DNA from: Vicugna vicugna
Taxonomy: Eukaryota
Length of the DNA: 62,000 nt
Direction: 5' to 3'
Assembly: GCA_013265495.1 (NCBI GenBank)
Contig: MU058059.1
Location: 2,517,502-2,579,501 of the forward strand
This document shows positions 61,290 through 62,000 of this stretch, piece by piece. The notes below the pieces were generated by a model, which saw nothing but the letters and a program-made list of their open reading frames with translations, did not search any database and was not told the origin of the DNA. Numbering within the stretch: the stretch's first letter is position 1; each line of letters starts with the position of its first letter. The translations under genes were made by a program, and so were the position numbers.

Positions 61290-61950
61290 TAAGACCCCCT
61301 CCACATCATACAGAAATAAATGCCAAATAGATTCATGGTCTAAACACGAAAATTAAACTATAGGAACATGATAAGAAAAATAAGAAAGACGCTTTTGTGA
61401 TACTTCCTGACATAAAACCTAGAAGTCATTTAAAAAGGATTGATAGATGCGTTTGTAGAAGAATTTAACCTTCTGAATGGTAGAAGAGACCATAAAGAAA
61501 GTCTAAATACAAAGAGAAGACTTGGGGAAACCATTTCCCACATTAGTAGCAGTCCACGGGCTGGTGGCTGTTATTACAATGCACTTGATACGCATATGAA
61601 GTAGACAAAACGCTCCATTAGGAAAACCGGATGAAGACTAAGAGGAGTCAGTTCATAGAAAAGATCCAAGGGCATGTAAGTGTATGAAAAGGATTAAGAA
61701 ATGAAATAAGACAAATGCTACGGAAAGCTGAAGTTCGTAGCATATCCGGTGTTAAGCAGGGATGCGGAGAAATGTGTGTACGCACCAAGTGCTGATGGGA
61801 GCATTCGTCTTGCAGCCCCTTATGTAGACGATTTGGGAGTATGCATCAAAACGCAGACACGGCTTCTCAAGCCTGTTGAAGGAAGTTTATCCATCATGAA
61901 TATGCCCAGATACACAGGGATATGTGTTCAAGTATTTTCCTTGCACCTCA
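61290..61950 (+). mobile_element. Ancient L1 ORF2/3' remnant
   Basis: acatcatacagaaataaatgccaaatagatt..aaaaaggattgatagat..gagtcagttcatagaaaag..gctgatgggagc. Confidence 0.55.
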
Positions 61951-62000
61951 CTAGTTTTACTAGCTCTTGATTGCTTAGTGAGTAAGCTCCAGACTCCTGG

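Larger units (their letters stand above)
1..62000 (+). other. PTPRM: Internal portion of PTPRM gene (probably intron 6 to intron 9); no gene start or end in window
   Basis: Three exons splice in frame to ...[41 protein letters not shown]...RTKCA|[40 protein letters not shown]...[31 protein letters not shown]..., recognised as the RPTP-mu ectodomain rather than paralogs PTPRK/T/U. Exon numbering is from memory. Confidence 0.96.

Noticed and set aside
1..62000. CRISPR array, operon, retron or other prokaryotic system; snoRNA/miRNA; processed pseudogene
   Set aside because: No regularly spaced repeat-spacer structure, dense ORFs or recognisable RNA-gene or mRNA-derived sequence seen. A small ncRNA cannot be excluded without an Rfam/miRBase search.

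Overview
Mammalian genomic DNA, most likely camelid (inferred from tRNA-derived Vic-1-type SINEs, cetartiodactyl-type L1 3' ends, and no recognisable Bov-A/BovB/PRE1/Alu). The whole window lies inside the + strand PTPRM gene (receptor-type tyrosine phosphatase mu). It holds three coding exons: 3023-3316 (294 bp), 51921-52229 (309 bp) and 58557-58666 (110 bp), probably exons 7-9. They splice GT-AG in frame and encode FN3 domains 1, 2 and the start of 3. The rest is intron, densely filled with SINE, L1, L2/MIR, MaLR/ERV1 LTR and DNA transposon remnants. Nearly all other ORFs in the track are spurious or repeat-derived. I found no prokaryote-type system (no CRISPR, operon, rRNA or true tRNA) and cannot claim a new biological system. 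The observations most worth follow-up are: a ~600 bp AT-rich block (13.7-14.3 kb) that lacks the vertebrate CpG/TpA depletion and carries adjacent hairpins; a tRNA-SINE-head/L1-tail chimera (29.5 kb); an L1 with an apparent 3' transduction (9.5-9.8 kb); closely spaced inverted repeat pairs; and a sharp GC3 step inside exon 8 suggesting GC-biased gene conversion. Repeat subfamily names and human/mouse comparisons are from memory and need RepeatMasker/BLAST confirmation. Boundaries of old repeats are approximate.
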